In this document: positions 10,879 to 19,674 of the stretch, one piece after another
Position numbering within the stretch: the first letter of the stretch is position 1
Layout of the letters: every line of letters begins with the position of its first letter
Notes under the pieces: generated by a model
What the model saw: the letters and a program-made list of their open reading frames with translations, nothing else
The model's database searches: none
Told to the model about the DNA's origin: nothing
Origin: an uncultured Microthrixaceae bacterium
Lineage (GTDB): Bacteria; Actinomycetota; Acidimicrobiia; Acidimicrobiales; DATDAH01
Direction of reading: 5' to 3'
Assembly: GCA_963823495.1 (NCBI GenBank)
Contig: CAWGLV010000001.1
Coordinates: 3,736,176 to 3,800,175, forward strand
Length of the DNA: 64,000 nt
Made by a program: the position numbers and the translations under genes

Positions 10879-11961
10879 TCAGTCAGCAGCATTGCCCACC
10901 GTAGGCGACCCGTCCCCGTCAGGGGAATTGCCATCGGTGTCTTCCGCCAGGGTGATCTTGCGCCACTGGGAATCCCGGCCCAGCCGCCGCAGTGCGGCTG
11001 TCTCGAGGCGGTGGAGGCCGCCGAGGAAGCCGCTCGGCAACAACAGCATGAGGCCGATCAGCACGGCGCCGAAGATCACGCGGGAGAGCTCCGCGTTGAC
11101 GTCCGAGGAGAACTCGGGCACGAACACGATGAACAGGGAACCGAGGACCGGGCCCAGGATGGTCGCGGCACCACCGATGACGAGCGCGGCGAGGAACTCG
11201 ATGGACCGGGTGATGGTGAACTGGGCCGGGTCGACCCGATCCAGCACCGCAGTGTTCATCACGATGAGCGAACCGCCGAGGCCGGCGATCATCGCGCTGA
11301 TGCCGAAGGTGATGACCTTGTAGAACGCCAGGTTCACCCCGAGGACCGACGCGGCGGTCTCCCCGTCACGGATGGCGATGATCGCCCGACCCACCCGGCT
11401 GTGGATCAGGTTGCGCACCAGCAGGAAGGTGACGGCGGCGATGACCAACAACACGTAGAACTGCCATTGGTCCTCCTCCAGGCCGCTGGCCCATCCGGGC
11501 GGCTCGAAGTCGGGCACGCCGATCCCGGTGCTGCCACCGGTCACATCGGAGTACTTCTGGATGACGAGGGGGAAGAGCGTGGCCAGGGCGAGGGTCACCA
11601 GGGCCAGGTAGACCCCGCTGATCCGCAGGGCGGGCAGGCCCACGATGACCCCGATCACGAAGCACAGCGCCATCGCCACCGGAATCGTGGCCAGGTGGGC
11701 CCAGCCGTGGTCGGCGGTGAGGATCGCGGTCGTGTAGGCGCCGACGCCGAAGAAGGCGCCGTGGCCGATGGAGATCTGGCCGTTGAAGCCGGTCAGCAGG
11801 GCGAGGCCGAGCACGGCGACCGAGATGGCGATCACATCGCTGAACTGGGCAACGCGGAAGGCCTCGAAGTACTGCGGGATGTAGACCACGACGGCAGCCA
11901 GCACCAAGGCCAGGGCACCGAGTCCCACTCGGCGTGGGCTGAGGACGAGTCGGCTCATCAC
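10879..11961 (-). CDS. livM: branched-chain amino acid ABC transporter permease
   Basis: Polytopic membrane protein with the LivM-like pattern GQISIGHGAFFGVGAYT, lying adjacent to livH, livF and livG. Confidence 0.85.
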   Translation of the reverse strand: MMSRLVLSPRRVGLGALALVLAAVVVYIPQYFEAFRVAQFSDVIAISVAVLGLALLTGFNGQISIGHGAFFGVGAYTTAILTADHGWAHLATIPVAMALCFVIGVIVGLPALRISGVYLALVTLALATLFPLVIQKYSDVTGGSTGIGVPDFEPPGWASGLEEDQWQFYVLLVIAAVTFLLVRNLIHSRVGRAIIAIRDGETAASVLGVNLAFYKVITFGISAMIAGLGGSLIVMNTAVLDRVDPAQFTITRSIEFLAALVIGGAATILGPVLGSLFIVFVPEFSSDVNAELSRVIFGAVLIGLMLLLPSGFLGGLHRLETAALRRLGRDSQWRKITLAEDTDGNSPDGDGSPTVGNAAD

Positions 11962-12013
11962 GCTCGCCCCTCCTGCCGGCTGCGCCGGCGGGCCGCTCGG
12001 GCCCCCGCTCCGC

Positions 12014-12895
12014 TCATACGCGCGTGACCACCTTGCTGCCGAAGAGACCCTCGGGCCGCACGAGCAGGACGACCAGGATCAACAGGAACGCCGAGGCCAG
12101 CTCGAAGCCGTCGAAGAAGTCGATGTACTGACCGGCCAGGTTCTGGGTGACCCCGACGATGAGTCCCCCCACCACCGCCCCTAGCGGACTGTCGAACCCG
12201 CCCAGGGTGGCGGCGGCGAAGGCGTAGATGAGCACCCCCTGCATCAGGTTCAGGCTCAGGTTGAGCTGGGGTGCGGCCAGCGCCCCGGCCAGGGCGCCGA
12301 GCCCGGCGGCCAGGCCCCACCCCATCATGAGGATGCGACCCACCGGGATGCCGACCAGCCGACTGGACTCGGGGTTGGAGGCCACGGCGCGCATGGCCAG
12401 GCCCACCTTCGTGTACTGGAACAGCAGGAAGAGCAGGCCCACCACCCCGAGGAGGATGGCCAGGATCCCGACCGTCTCCTGGGTGATGGTGACATCGCCG
12501 AAGGTGACCAGCGACTCGTTGGCGAAGATGCGGGGGAACACCCGGCCGTCGGTGCCGTAGATCCAACCCGCCAGCGCGTTCACGGCGATGAAGATGCCGA
12601 TGGTCACGATGACGATGGCCAGGACGTTGTCCCCACCGACGGGGCGGATGAGGGTCCGTTCGATCAGCGCTCCCCCGACCACCGAGATGGCCATCGCGAC
12701 GAGGATGGCCACCACCACCGGTGCACCCCAGTCGGTGAAGAGGAAGGCGACGAAGGTCGAGAACATGGCCATCTCACCCTGGGCGAAGTTCAGCAGTGAG
12801 GTGGACCGGAAGATGAGGACCAGGGCGAGGGCCAGCGCGGCATAGATGCACCCGCTCTGGATGCCGTTGACCACCTGGTTGAAGAACAGTTCCAC
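12014..12895 (-). CDS. livH: branched-chain amino acid ABC transporter permease
   Basis: N-terminus MELFFNQVVNGIQSGCIYAALALALVLIF and NFAQGEMAMF, typical of LivH. Confidence 0.85.
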   Translation of the reverse strand: MELFFNQVVNGIQSGCIYAALALALVLIFRSTSLLNFAQGEMAMFSTFVAFLFTDWGAPVVVAILVAMAISVVGGALIERTLIRPVGGDNVLAIVIVTIGIFIAVNALAGWIYGTDGRVFPRIFANESLVTFGDVTITQETVGILAILLGVVGLLFLLFQYTKVGLAMRAVASNPESSRLVGIPVGRILMMGWGLAAGLGALAGALAAPQLNLSLNLMQGVLIYAFAAATLGGFDSPLGAVVGGLIVGVTQNLAGQYIDFFDGFELASAFLLILVVLLVRPEGLFGSKVVTRV

Positions 12896-12908
12896 TGGTC
12901 GCCTCCCT

Positions 12909-13619
12909 TCAGATCCCGAGGTACGCCTGGCGCACCGACTCGTCGGCCTGCAGTTCCGCGGCCGTCCCGCTGGCCACGATGGCCCCCGCCTCGAGCACGT
13001 AGCCCCGCTCGGCGATGCTGAGGGCCAGGTTGGCGTTCTGCTCGACGACCAGGAGGGCCATGCCCTCCTCCTGGTTGAGCGACTGCAGTTGGCGGAAGAG
13101 CTCCTGGGTCACCAACGGGGCGAGGCCGAGGGAGGGCTCGTCGAGCAGGAGCAGCCGCGGCCGGGACATGGCGGCGCGGGCGATGGCCAGCATCTGCTGC
13201 TCCCCACCGGACATCCCGCCGGCCACCTGGTCGCGGCGCTCGCGGAGCCGCGGGAAGATCTCGTACCAGCGGTCACGGTCCGCCTCGATCTCGCCGTCCT
13301 TGCGGGCATAGGCGCCCAGGCGGAGGTTCTCCTCGACCGTGAGGTCGACGAAGGTGCCGCGGCCCTGGGGCACGTGGGCCAGGCCGAGGCGCACGATGTC
13401 CTCGGGCTTCTTCCCGCTGATCGAGGTCCCGTCGACCTCGATCAGCCCGCTGGTGTCGATCATCCCGCTCACGGCCCGGATGGTGGTGGTCTTGCCGGCG
13501 CCGTTCGCGCCGAGGATGACCACGGTCTCACCGGGGTCGACCGAGAAGCTCAGGCCCCGCAGGACCTGCACCGGCCCGTAGCCGGCCTCGAGGTCCCGGA
13601 CCTCCAACAGGGCGGTCAC
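12909..13619 (-). CDS. livF: branched-chain amino acid ABC transporter ATP-binding protein
   Basis: Walker A GANGAGKTT, ABC signature MSGGEQQML, Walker B LLLLDEPS; 4-nt overlap with livG. Confidence 0.9.
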   Translation of the reverse strand: MTALLEVRDLEAGYGPVQVLRGLSFSVDPGETVVILGANGAGKTTTIRAVSGMIDTSGLIEVDGTSISGKKPEDIVRLGLAHVPQGRGTFVDLTVEENLRLGAYARKDGEIEADRDRWYEIFPRLRERRDQVAGGMSGGEQQMLAIARAAMSRPRLLLLDEPSLGLAPLVTQELFRQLQSLNQEEGMALLVVEQNANLALSIAERGYVLEAGAIVASGTAAELQADESVRQAYLGI

Positions 13620-14386
13620 GAGTTGCCCCCGCCGAGGTAGGCCTCGATGACCTCGGGGTCGTTGCGCACGGTGTCGGGGTCGCCCTCGGCGATCTTGGCT
13701 CCGTAGTCGAGCACGACGATCTTCTCGGAGATCCGCATCACCATCGCCATGTGGTGCTCGACCAGCAGGACGGTCAGGTTCCGGTGGTCGCGGACGTGAC
13801 GCACCAGGTCGGCCAGTTCGTCGACCTCGGCATGGGTCAGGCCCGTGGCCGGCTCGTCCAGCATGAGCATCGTCGGGTTCGAGGCCAGCGCCCGCGCCAG
13901 CTCGACCCGCTTGAGCGTTCCGTACGGCAGGCCGGCGGCGGGACGCTCAGCGACGTGGGCGAGCTCCAGTTCCTCGAGCAGCGCGTCGGCCGTCTCCCGG
14001 CTGGCCTTCTCCTCCCTGACCGCCGTGGGCCACCGGAAGGTCGTGGACACGAAGCTCGACCGGGTGTCGGAGAACGCGCCCATCAGGACGTTCTCGCGCA
14101 CCGAGAGCCCCGGGAACAACGCGACGTTCTGGAACGTCCGGGCGATCCCGATCTGGGCGATCCGGTGGGGCGGCACGGCCAAGAGGTCCTGACCGGCGAA
14201 GGTGACCTTGCCCTCGGTCGGCTCGTAGAGCCGGCTGATCACGTTGAAGAGGGTGGTCTTCCCGGCGCCGTTGGGTCCGATGAGGGCGCACATCTCGCCC
14301 TCCTCCACGCCGAAGGTCAACCCGTTGAGCGCCACGACGCCGCCGAAGCGCACGCTGACCCCTTCGACCTTCAGCAGCTCCCCCAC
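13616..14386 (-). CDS. livG: branched-chain amino acid ABC transporter ATP-binding protein
   Basis: Walker A GPNGAGKTT, LPYGTLKRVELARAL, Walker B MLMLDEPA, and a LivG-type C-terminal extension. Confidence 0.9.
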   Translation of the reverse strand: MGELLKVEGVSVRFGGVVALNGLTFGVEEGEMCALIGPNGAGKTTLFNVISRLYEPTEGKVTFAGQDLLAVPPHRIAQIGIARTFQNVALFPGLSVRENVLMGAFSDTRSSFVSTTFRWPTAVREEKASRETADALLEELELAHVAERPAAGLPYGTLKRVELARALASNPTMLMLDEPATGLTHAEVDELADLVRHVRDHRNLTVLLVEHHMAMVMRISEKIVVLDYGAKIAEGDPDTVRNDPEVIEAYLGGGNS

Positions 14387-14495
14387 CAGCCGGGGACGTT
14401 AGCCGACTGCGCACTCCTCGTCGCCGCCGGCGCGGCTCCTGCTGCCCGGGGCAGCCATCGGCGGACGTCGAACGAGCTGCTGATCGGGCGATGGC

Positions 14496-15491
14496 CTACT
14501 CCATGAACATGACGCGGAGGGCGTCATAGGACTCGATGCAGCGCCCGGCCCCGAGCACGACGCACTCCAGCGGGAGGTCCACCAGCTTGACCTGCACCTC
14601 GGTCTCGATGGTCAGGCGTTCCCGGAGGCCCCGGAGGATCCCGCCGCCGCCGACGAGGTGGATGCCGTTGACGATCAGGTCCTGGGCCAGGTCGGGCGGG
14701 GCTTCACCCAGGCAGGCCACGATCGAGTCGATGATCGTGGTGATCGGCTCCTCGAGGGCGCCGCGGACCTCCTCGGGCTGGAGCACGACGGTCTTGGGCA
14801 GACCCGACATCAGCTCGCGCCCGCGGACCTCGGCCCGGAACTCGTCGTCGGTCGGGAACGCCGAGCCCATGGCGATCTTGATCTTCTCGGCGGTCTGCTC
14901 GCCGATGGCAATGCCGTGCTCCTTGCGGATGTAGGTCTGGATGGCGGCGTCGAAGTCGAAGCTGCCCACGCGCACCGCCTTGAGGGACACGATCCCGCCG
15001 AGGGAGAGGATGGCGGACTCCGACGTGCCGCCACCGATGTCCACCACCATCGATCCCATGGGTTCGTTGATGGGCAACTCCGCGCCGATCGCCGCGGCCA
15101 TCGGCTGCTCGATGAGCTGGCACTCCGCGGCTCCGGCCCGCCGAGCCGCTTCGGTGACGGCCCGCCGCTCGACGTGGGTGATCGCCGAGGGAACGCAGAT
15201 CACCACACGAGGACGGTTGAACCGCGACACGCCGACCCGCTCGAGGACCAGGCGGATCATGCGTTGGGTGACGTCGAAGTCGGTGATGGCCCCGGCTCGT
15301 AGGGGGCGCACCGCGACGATGTGGCCGGGGGTGCGCCCGATCATCTGCCAGGCCTCGGTGCCCACCGCGAGCACGTCCTGGCTCTGGTTGTTCAAGGCGA
15401 TGACCGAGGGCTCGTTGAGGACGATGCCCTCCCCGCGCACGTAGACGAGGGTGTTGGCGGTCCCGAGGTCGATGGCGAGGTCGCGGGCCAA
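14496..15491 (-). CDS. mreB: rod shape-determining actin homologue MreB
   Basis: DLAIDLGTANTLVYVRGEGIVLNEPSVIA and VDIGGGTSE. TTG start at 15491 with SD GGAGGG 9 nt upstream. Confidence 0.95.
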   Translation of the reverse strand: MARDLAIDLGTANTLVYVRGEGIVLNEPSVIALNNQSQDVLAVGTEAWQMIGRTPGHIVAVRPLRAGAITDFDVTQRMIRLVLERVGVSRFNRPRVVICVPSAITHVERRAVTEAARRAGAAECQLIEQPMAAAIGAELPINEPMGSMVVDIGGGTSESAILSLGGIVSLKAVRVGSFDFDAAIQTYIRKEHGIAIGEQTAEKIKIAMGSAFPTDDEFRAEVRGRELMSGLPKTVVLQPEEVRGALEEPITTIIDSIVACLGEAPPDLAQDLIVNGIHLVGGGGILRGLRERLTIETEVQVKLVDLPLECVVLGAGRCIESYDALRVMFME

Positions 15492-15511
15492 GTCCTAGCC
15501 CTCCGGCTCGA

Positions 15512-15676
15512 TCACGGGGGCGGAGGCCGGTCGCGGGGCGAGAGGGCATCCATCTGCCGGTTGAACCCCGATACGCCGGAGTCCACCGAACGCGGCGCGC
15601 GCGACCGGGCCCACAGCACGGCGATGCCCAGCGTTGCCACCACGACGGCGGCAAGGAGGAAGAGCAGGTTGGTCAC
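15512..15676 (-). CDS. possible 54-aa single-TM micro-protein (not in ORF track)
   Basis: Hand translation gives GTG at 15676, VTNLLFLLAAVVVATLGIAVLWARSRAPRSVDSGVSGFNRQMDALSPRDRPPPP, then TGA at 15512-15514. GGAGAC lies upstream, and the ORF fills the moaE-mreB gap. Confidence 0.3.
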   Translation of the reverse strand: MTNLLFLLAAVVVATLGIAVLWARSRAPRSVDSGVSGFNRQMDALSPRDRPPPP

Positions 15677-15692
15677 GTTCGCAGGTCTCCGG

Positions 15693-16163
15693 TCAGCGAT
15701 CAGTGGTCACGTCGGTCAGCGCCCTGGAGTCGAGTCCCCAGCTCTCGCCTCCGGCCCAGGTCTCCCGCTTCCAGATGGGCGCGCTGTGCTTCAAGGTATC
15801 GATGCACCACCGGGCCGCCTCGAACGCCTCGGTGCGGTGCGGGGAGGCGGCGGCCACCACGACCGACGCCTCGCCGATGGCCACCGGGCCCGTCCGGTGC
15901 AGGATGGCGAGACGGCCGAGGTCGGGCCACCGGCGTCGGGCCTCGTCGGCGATGGCCCGGAACCGGGGTTCGACCTGGCTCTCGTAGGCCTCGTACTCGA
16001 GACCGCTGACGTCCGGTCGGCCGTCGGCGTGGTCCCGCGCCGTGCCGGTGAAGGTCACCACGGCGCCACACGACGGCAGAACCGCCCAGTCGCCCACGGC
16101 GCCCACCGACAACACGTCGCCGGTCAGCCCCACCCAGGTGAGGTCATCAGGTCCGTCCAACAC
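15693..16163 (-). CDS. moaE: molybdopterin synthase catalytic subunit
   Basis: The C-terminal 156 aa of track ORF 15693..17327 read GAVVTFTGTARDH...EYEAYE...ILHRTGPVAIGEASVVVAAASPHR...IWKRE (MoaE signature). GTG at 16163. The rest of the 544-aa ORF is shadow sequence opposite the HtrA-like gene. Confidence 0.85.
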   Translation of the reverse strand: MLDGPDDLTWVGLTGDVLSVGAVGDWAVLPSCGAVVTFTGTARDHADGRPDVSGLEYEAYESQVEPRFRAIADEARRRWPDLGRLAILHRTGPVAIGEASVVVAAASPHRTEAFEAARWCIDTLKHSAPIWKRETWAGGESWGLDSRALTDVTTDR

Positions 16164-16251
16164 GTCCCCCAGCCTACGGGGAGGTCCGACGGGGCGACTT
16201 CCCGACGGGGCGCGGCCACGGCGCGAGGGTGCGGTTCTACGCTGCGCAGCC

Positions 16252-17388
16252 GTGCCCGACGACGACGAGGTCCCGCCCGACCCGGGCTTCCGGCGCGCTC
16301 CGCTCCCCCCCGAGGACCGTCTCTGGCGCCACCCGTCCGAAGTGGCATCCCCGACCCCTCGCCCCGGACGGGTCCGGCTCGCGGGGGCACTGGGCGTCGC
16401 CGCCGGGGTCGGCGCCGGCCTCAGCCTCCTCGCCGCCTGGGGGTTCGGCGCCTTCGAGGGCCCCTCGGCCCCCGGCCCCGCCCGCGAGCGGGTCGCCACC
16501 TCGGCGAGCACCGTGTTCGTGGGGGCACCGGGCCCAGGCGACCTCGACGACCTGGCCGCAACGCTGGTCGCGGTCCGCGTGGACGATGTCCGGGGCACCG
16601 GGATCCTGCTCCATGACGACGGCCACGTGCTGACCACCGCCGACCTCGTCGGGGACCGGACCGTCGTCACCGTGGCACCGCCCGGAGGGCCGACCATGGA
16701 GGCCGACGTGGTGGGCGTCGACGCCGCCACCGACGTGGCCGTGCTCTCGGCCGCCGGCCTGGACCGCCGTGGCGCGGTGCTGGGGGCGGCCGACGGGGTG
16801 GCCGTCGGCGACACCACCCGGGCGGTGACGCTCCAGGACCAGGAGTCCGCCCGGGTCCTCACCGGGATCGTCGCCAACCTCGCCGTCACCGTGAACCGCG
16901 ACGACCAGGCGCCGCTCCACGGCCTCATCGGCACCGACATCGTCCCGAGAGGCCCGGTGGAGGGGGCCGCGCTGGTGGACGCCGCGGGGGCGGTCATCGG
17001 GTTGACGACGGCGGTGGGTGACACCGACGTGGTCCGGGCGGTGCCGATCGACCTCGCCCGCGTCGTGGCCGCCGACATCATCGCCACCGGGTCCGCCGAC
17101 CACCCCTGGCTGGGCGTCGAGGGGCGCGACCTCGACGCCGTGGTGGCCGCCGACTGGGGCGTTCGAGGGGGCGCCACCCTGGTGACCGTGATCGACGGCG
17201 GTCCTGCGGGCACGGCGGGGCTCCGCCCCGACGACGTGGTCACCCAGGCCGGCGGTCGGGAGATCCGCTCGATGGGTGACCTGGTCACCCTGCTCCGCCA
17301 CCTCGACCCCGGCGACGACCTCCGCATCGGCTATCTCCGAGCGGGTGAGCACCGGTGGTGCGAGGCGACCCTTGGCCGGACCACCTAG
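16252..17388 (+). CDS. HtrA/S1C-like trypsin-fold protein with C-terminal PDZ domain; catalytic His and Ser positions substituted
   Basis: PPEDRLWRHPSE, a TM segment, and a trypsin fold. It has LTTADLV where LTNxHV is expected, DVAVL is retained, and TDIVPRGPVEGAALVD replaces TDAxINPGNSGGPLV. PDZ segment: GPAGTAGLRPDDVV...GDLVTLL. Start taken as the in-frame GTG at 16252. Confidence 0.7.
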   Translation: MPDDDEVPPDPGFRRAPLPPEDRLWRHPSEVASPTPRPGRVRLAGALGVAAGVGAGLSLLAAWGFGAFEGPSAPGPARERVATSASTVFVGAPGPGDLDDLAATLVAVRVDDVRGTGILLHDDGHVLTTADLVGDRTVVTVAPPGGPTMEADVVGVDAATDVAVLSAAGLDRRGAVLGAADGVAVGDTTRAVTLQDQESARVLTGIVANLAVTVNRDDQAPLHGLIGTDIVPRGPVEGAALVDAAGAVIGLTTAVGDTDVVRAVPIDLARVVAADIIATGSADHPWLGVEGRDLDAVVAADWGVRGGATLVTVIDGGPAGTAGLRPDDVVTQAGGREIRSMGDLVTLLRHLDPGDDLRIGYLRAGEHRWCEATLGRTT

Positions 17389-18404
17389 CGGCGCAGGTAT
17401 CGCCGGGCCACGAGGACGCCGCCGGCGACGACACCGCTGACCCCGACGGCCAGGGAGCCGAGGATCAGCTCCTGGCGACGACGGGGGGAGACCGAGGCCC
17501 AACCGGTCGGGCGGTCGCCCAGGACGTAGGCCTCCTCGTTGGTGTGCTCGGGGACCCAGCCTGCGGCCCGCAGTCGGTCATTGGCCACGACCCACGGGTT
17601 GACCCGGTACGCCAACACCCCGGGGGGGCTCGAGGTCAGCCCCAACTTCCAACGCCACTGGGCGAGCCGGTGGGCCACCCGCTCGGGGATCCGCACACGA
17701 GGACCCCGGCCCGCCAGGCGCCGGAGCTCGTCGCTGTGCATCCAGCCGTCCGGGGCGACGTTGAACGGGCCGTCGAGGCCTCGCCGACGAGCGAGGTCCA
17801 CGGCGTCGGCCAGGTCCTCGAGGTGCACGAACTGCACGGGGACGTCGGCCTCGCCCGGCGAGAAGGCGGAACCGGCCCAGAGCGACGCCGCCAGCCAGTC
17901 GGTCGTGTCCTCGGCCACCGCGACGACCGGGCGGAGCACGGCGACCCGAACGTCGGGGTGCTGATCCCGCCACTCCGCGACCAGGCGTTCGACCTCGGCC
18001 TTGTGGGTGGCGTAGGCCAGGGACGGGTGCGGCCGCAGCGGGGCGTCTTCGGTCAGGGGGACGGGGTTGTTGGGCCACGCGCCGTAGACGGTGGCGCTGG
18101 ACAACAGCACGACGGTCCCGATGCCAACCGATCCTGCCGCGTCGAGCAGGGCCCGCGTCCCGACGACGTCCACCCCGGCGGTGCCGGTCCCGTCCAGCTC
18201 GGCCACCGCATCACTGCGTCCGAGGTGGATGAGGGTGGCGGCCCCCTCCAGCTTGTCCTTGAGGTCCTCGGGCCGGTCGTCGGCCTGATCGAGGTCGTCG
18301 GGGGTGAGCCGGACGATGGCATCGACCGCGGGGTCTCGGGCCAGCCGGTCGGCCACCCGACCCCCGAGGAGGCCCTCGGATCCGGTGAGGACGACGATGT
18401 TCAC
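17385..18404 (-). CDS. NAD-dependent epimerase/dehydratase family (extended SDR) protein with C-terminal TM anchor
   Basis: Gly motif LTGSEGLLGG, catalytic YATHK, and a C-terminal hydrophobic segment LILGSLAVGVSGVVAGGVLV. GTG at 18404 (alternative start at 18440). Confidence 0.75.
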   Translation of the reverse strand: MNIVVLTGSEGLLGGRVADRLARDPAVDAIVRLTPDDLDQADDRPEDLKDKLEGAATLIHLGRSDAVAELDGTGTAGVDVVGTRALLDAAGSVGIGTVVLLSSATVYGAWPNNPVPLTEDAPLRPHPSLAYATHKAEVERLVAEWRDQHPDVRVAVLRPVVAVAEDTTDWLAASLWAGSAFSPGEADVPVQFVHLEDLADAVDLARRRGLDGPFNVAPDGWMHSDELRRLAGRGPRVRIPERVAHRLAQWRWKLGLTSSPPGVLAYRVNPWVVANDRLRAAGWVPEHTNEEAYVLGDRPTGWASVSPRRRQELILGSLAVGVSGVVAGGVLVARRYLRR

Positions 18405-18409
18405 CCCCG

Positions 18410-18415
18410 TACGAT
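18410..18415 (+). promoter_or_regulatory. candidate -10 hexamer TACGAT for a leaderless transcript of the downstream metalloprotease gene
   Basis: A TANNNT-type hexamer lies 6 nt upstream of GTG 18422, with no SD in between. Only 17 nt separate the two divergent start codons. Confidence 0.3.
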
Positions 18416-18421
18416 GCCGTC

Positions 18422-19615
18422 GTGAGCGAGTCGGATCCACCCGACGGCGACCCGGACCCGTTCCAGGGGATCCCGTTCCTCGGCGATCTGGCTCGAGTCC
18501 TGCGCCAACAGGGGGCCGTCAGCTGGGACGCCGCCGGGCAGCTCGCGTTCCAGGTGGCCACCGGTGGCGAGTCCGAGCCCAACGTCGACCCCCTCGAACG
18601 CATCCGCCTCGAGGAGCTGGCCCGGGTGGCCGAACTGCAGGTGGCCCAGGCCACCGGGCTCTCGGTGTCCACCACGGGCCGCTCCGTGAGCCTCGTTCCC
18701 GTCAGCCGCACCCAGTGGGTGCAGGCGAGCCTCCCGGCGTTCCGCCCCCGCTTCGAGAGCCTTGCCGACTCGCTGTCGGCGGCCCCACCCGACGCCGACC
18801 CCACCACCGGTGACCCCGCCGCGGTGCTGGGCAACCTCATGGGGATGATGACGCCCATGCTCATCGGCATGGCGGCCGGATCGATGGTCGGCCATCTGGC
18901 GTCGACCTCCTTTGGTCAGTACGACCTGCCCATCCCCCGACCGCCGAGCGACGACCTGGTCGTCATCGCCCGCAACGTGGACGAGTTCGCCGCGGACTGG
19001 AGCCTGCCGGATGACGACCTGCGGCTCTGGGTCTGCCTTCACGAGCTGACCCACCATGCCGTGCTCGGCCTGCCCCACGTCCGGGCCCGGCTGGACGATC
19101 TGCTCAACCGCTACGCCGCCGGGTTCGAGGCCGACCCCCATGCCCTCGAGGAGCGCTTCGGCCAGCTCGACATCAGCGACGCCGAGGGCATGGCGGGCCT
19201 CCAGTCGATGTTCAACGATCCCGAGGCCATCCTCGGCGCGGTCCAGTCGTCGGCCCAACGCGCGCTGCTCCCCCAACTCGATGCCCTCGTCGCGGTGATC
19301 ATCGGGTACGTGGACCACGTCATGGATGACATCGGCGAGGGCCTGATCTCGTCCTACACGATGCTCAGCGAGGCCCTCCGCCGCCGTCGGGTGACCACCG
19401 ACGAGTCCAGTCGCTTCGTGGAGCGCCTGCTCGGCCTCGAGCTCACCCAGGAACAGTGCGACCGGGGTGAGGCCTTCGTTCGCGGCGTGGTCGAACGCGC
19501 CGGCAGGCGGGGCCTCGAGCGCCTGTGGCGCAGCGAGCGGGAGCTGCCCACCCCCGCGGACGTCGACGCCCCCGGGCTCTGGCTGGCCCGGATCGACCTA
19601 CCCGACCCTGACTGA
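18422..19615 (+). CDS. zinc-dependent metalloprotease, DUF2342 (F420-biosynthesis-associated hydrolase) family
   Basis: HEXXH motif LHELTHHAV; length and overall pattern are typical of actinobacterial DUF2342 proteins. Confidence 0.8.
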   Translation: MSESDPPDGDPDPFQGIPFLGDLARVLRQQGAVSWDAAGQLAFQVATGGESEPNVDPLERIRLEELARVAELQVAQATGLSVSTTGRSVSLVPVSRTQWVQASLPAFRPRFESLADSLSAAPPDADPTTGDPAAVLGNLMGMMTPMLIGMAAGSMVGHLASTSFGQYDLPIPRPPSDDLVVIARNVDEFAADWSLPDDDLRLWVCLHELTHHAVLGLPHVRARLDDLLNRYAAGFEADPHALEERFGQLDISDAEGMAGLQSMFNDPEAILGAVQSSAQRALLPQLDALVAVIIGYVDHVMDDIGEGLISSYTMLSEALRRRRVTTDESSRFVERLLGLELTQEQCDRGEAFVRGVVERAGRRGLERLWRSERELPTPADVDAPGLWLARIDLPDPD

Positions 19616-19674
19616 GTCCTGACTTGCCCGTCCGCGGTGGGCCGACGACCGGCCCGCACCCCGGAAGGAAGCGA

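Noticed and set aside
16164-17327. N-terminal 388 residues of the 544-aa ORF containing MoaE; likewise the upstream parts of ORFs 22039-23838, 24748-26151 and 8269-9228.
   Set aside because: Only the C-terminal segments carry family motifs. The upstream extensions overlap other supported genes (the HtrA-like gene, surE, pstB, the HEAT-repeat gene) and are Arg/Pro/Ser-rich.
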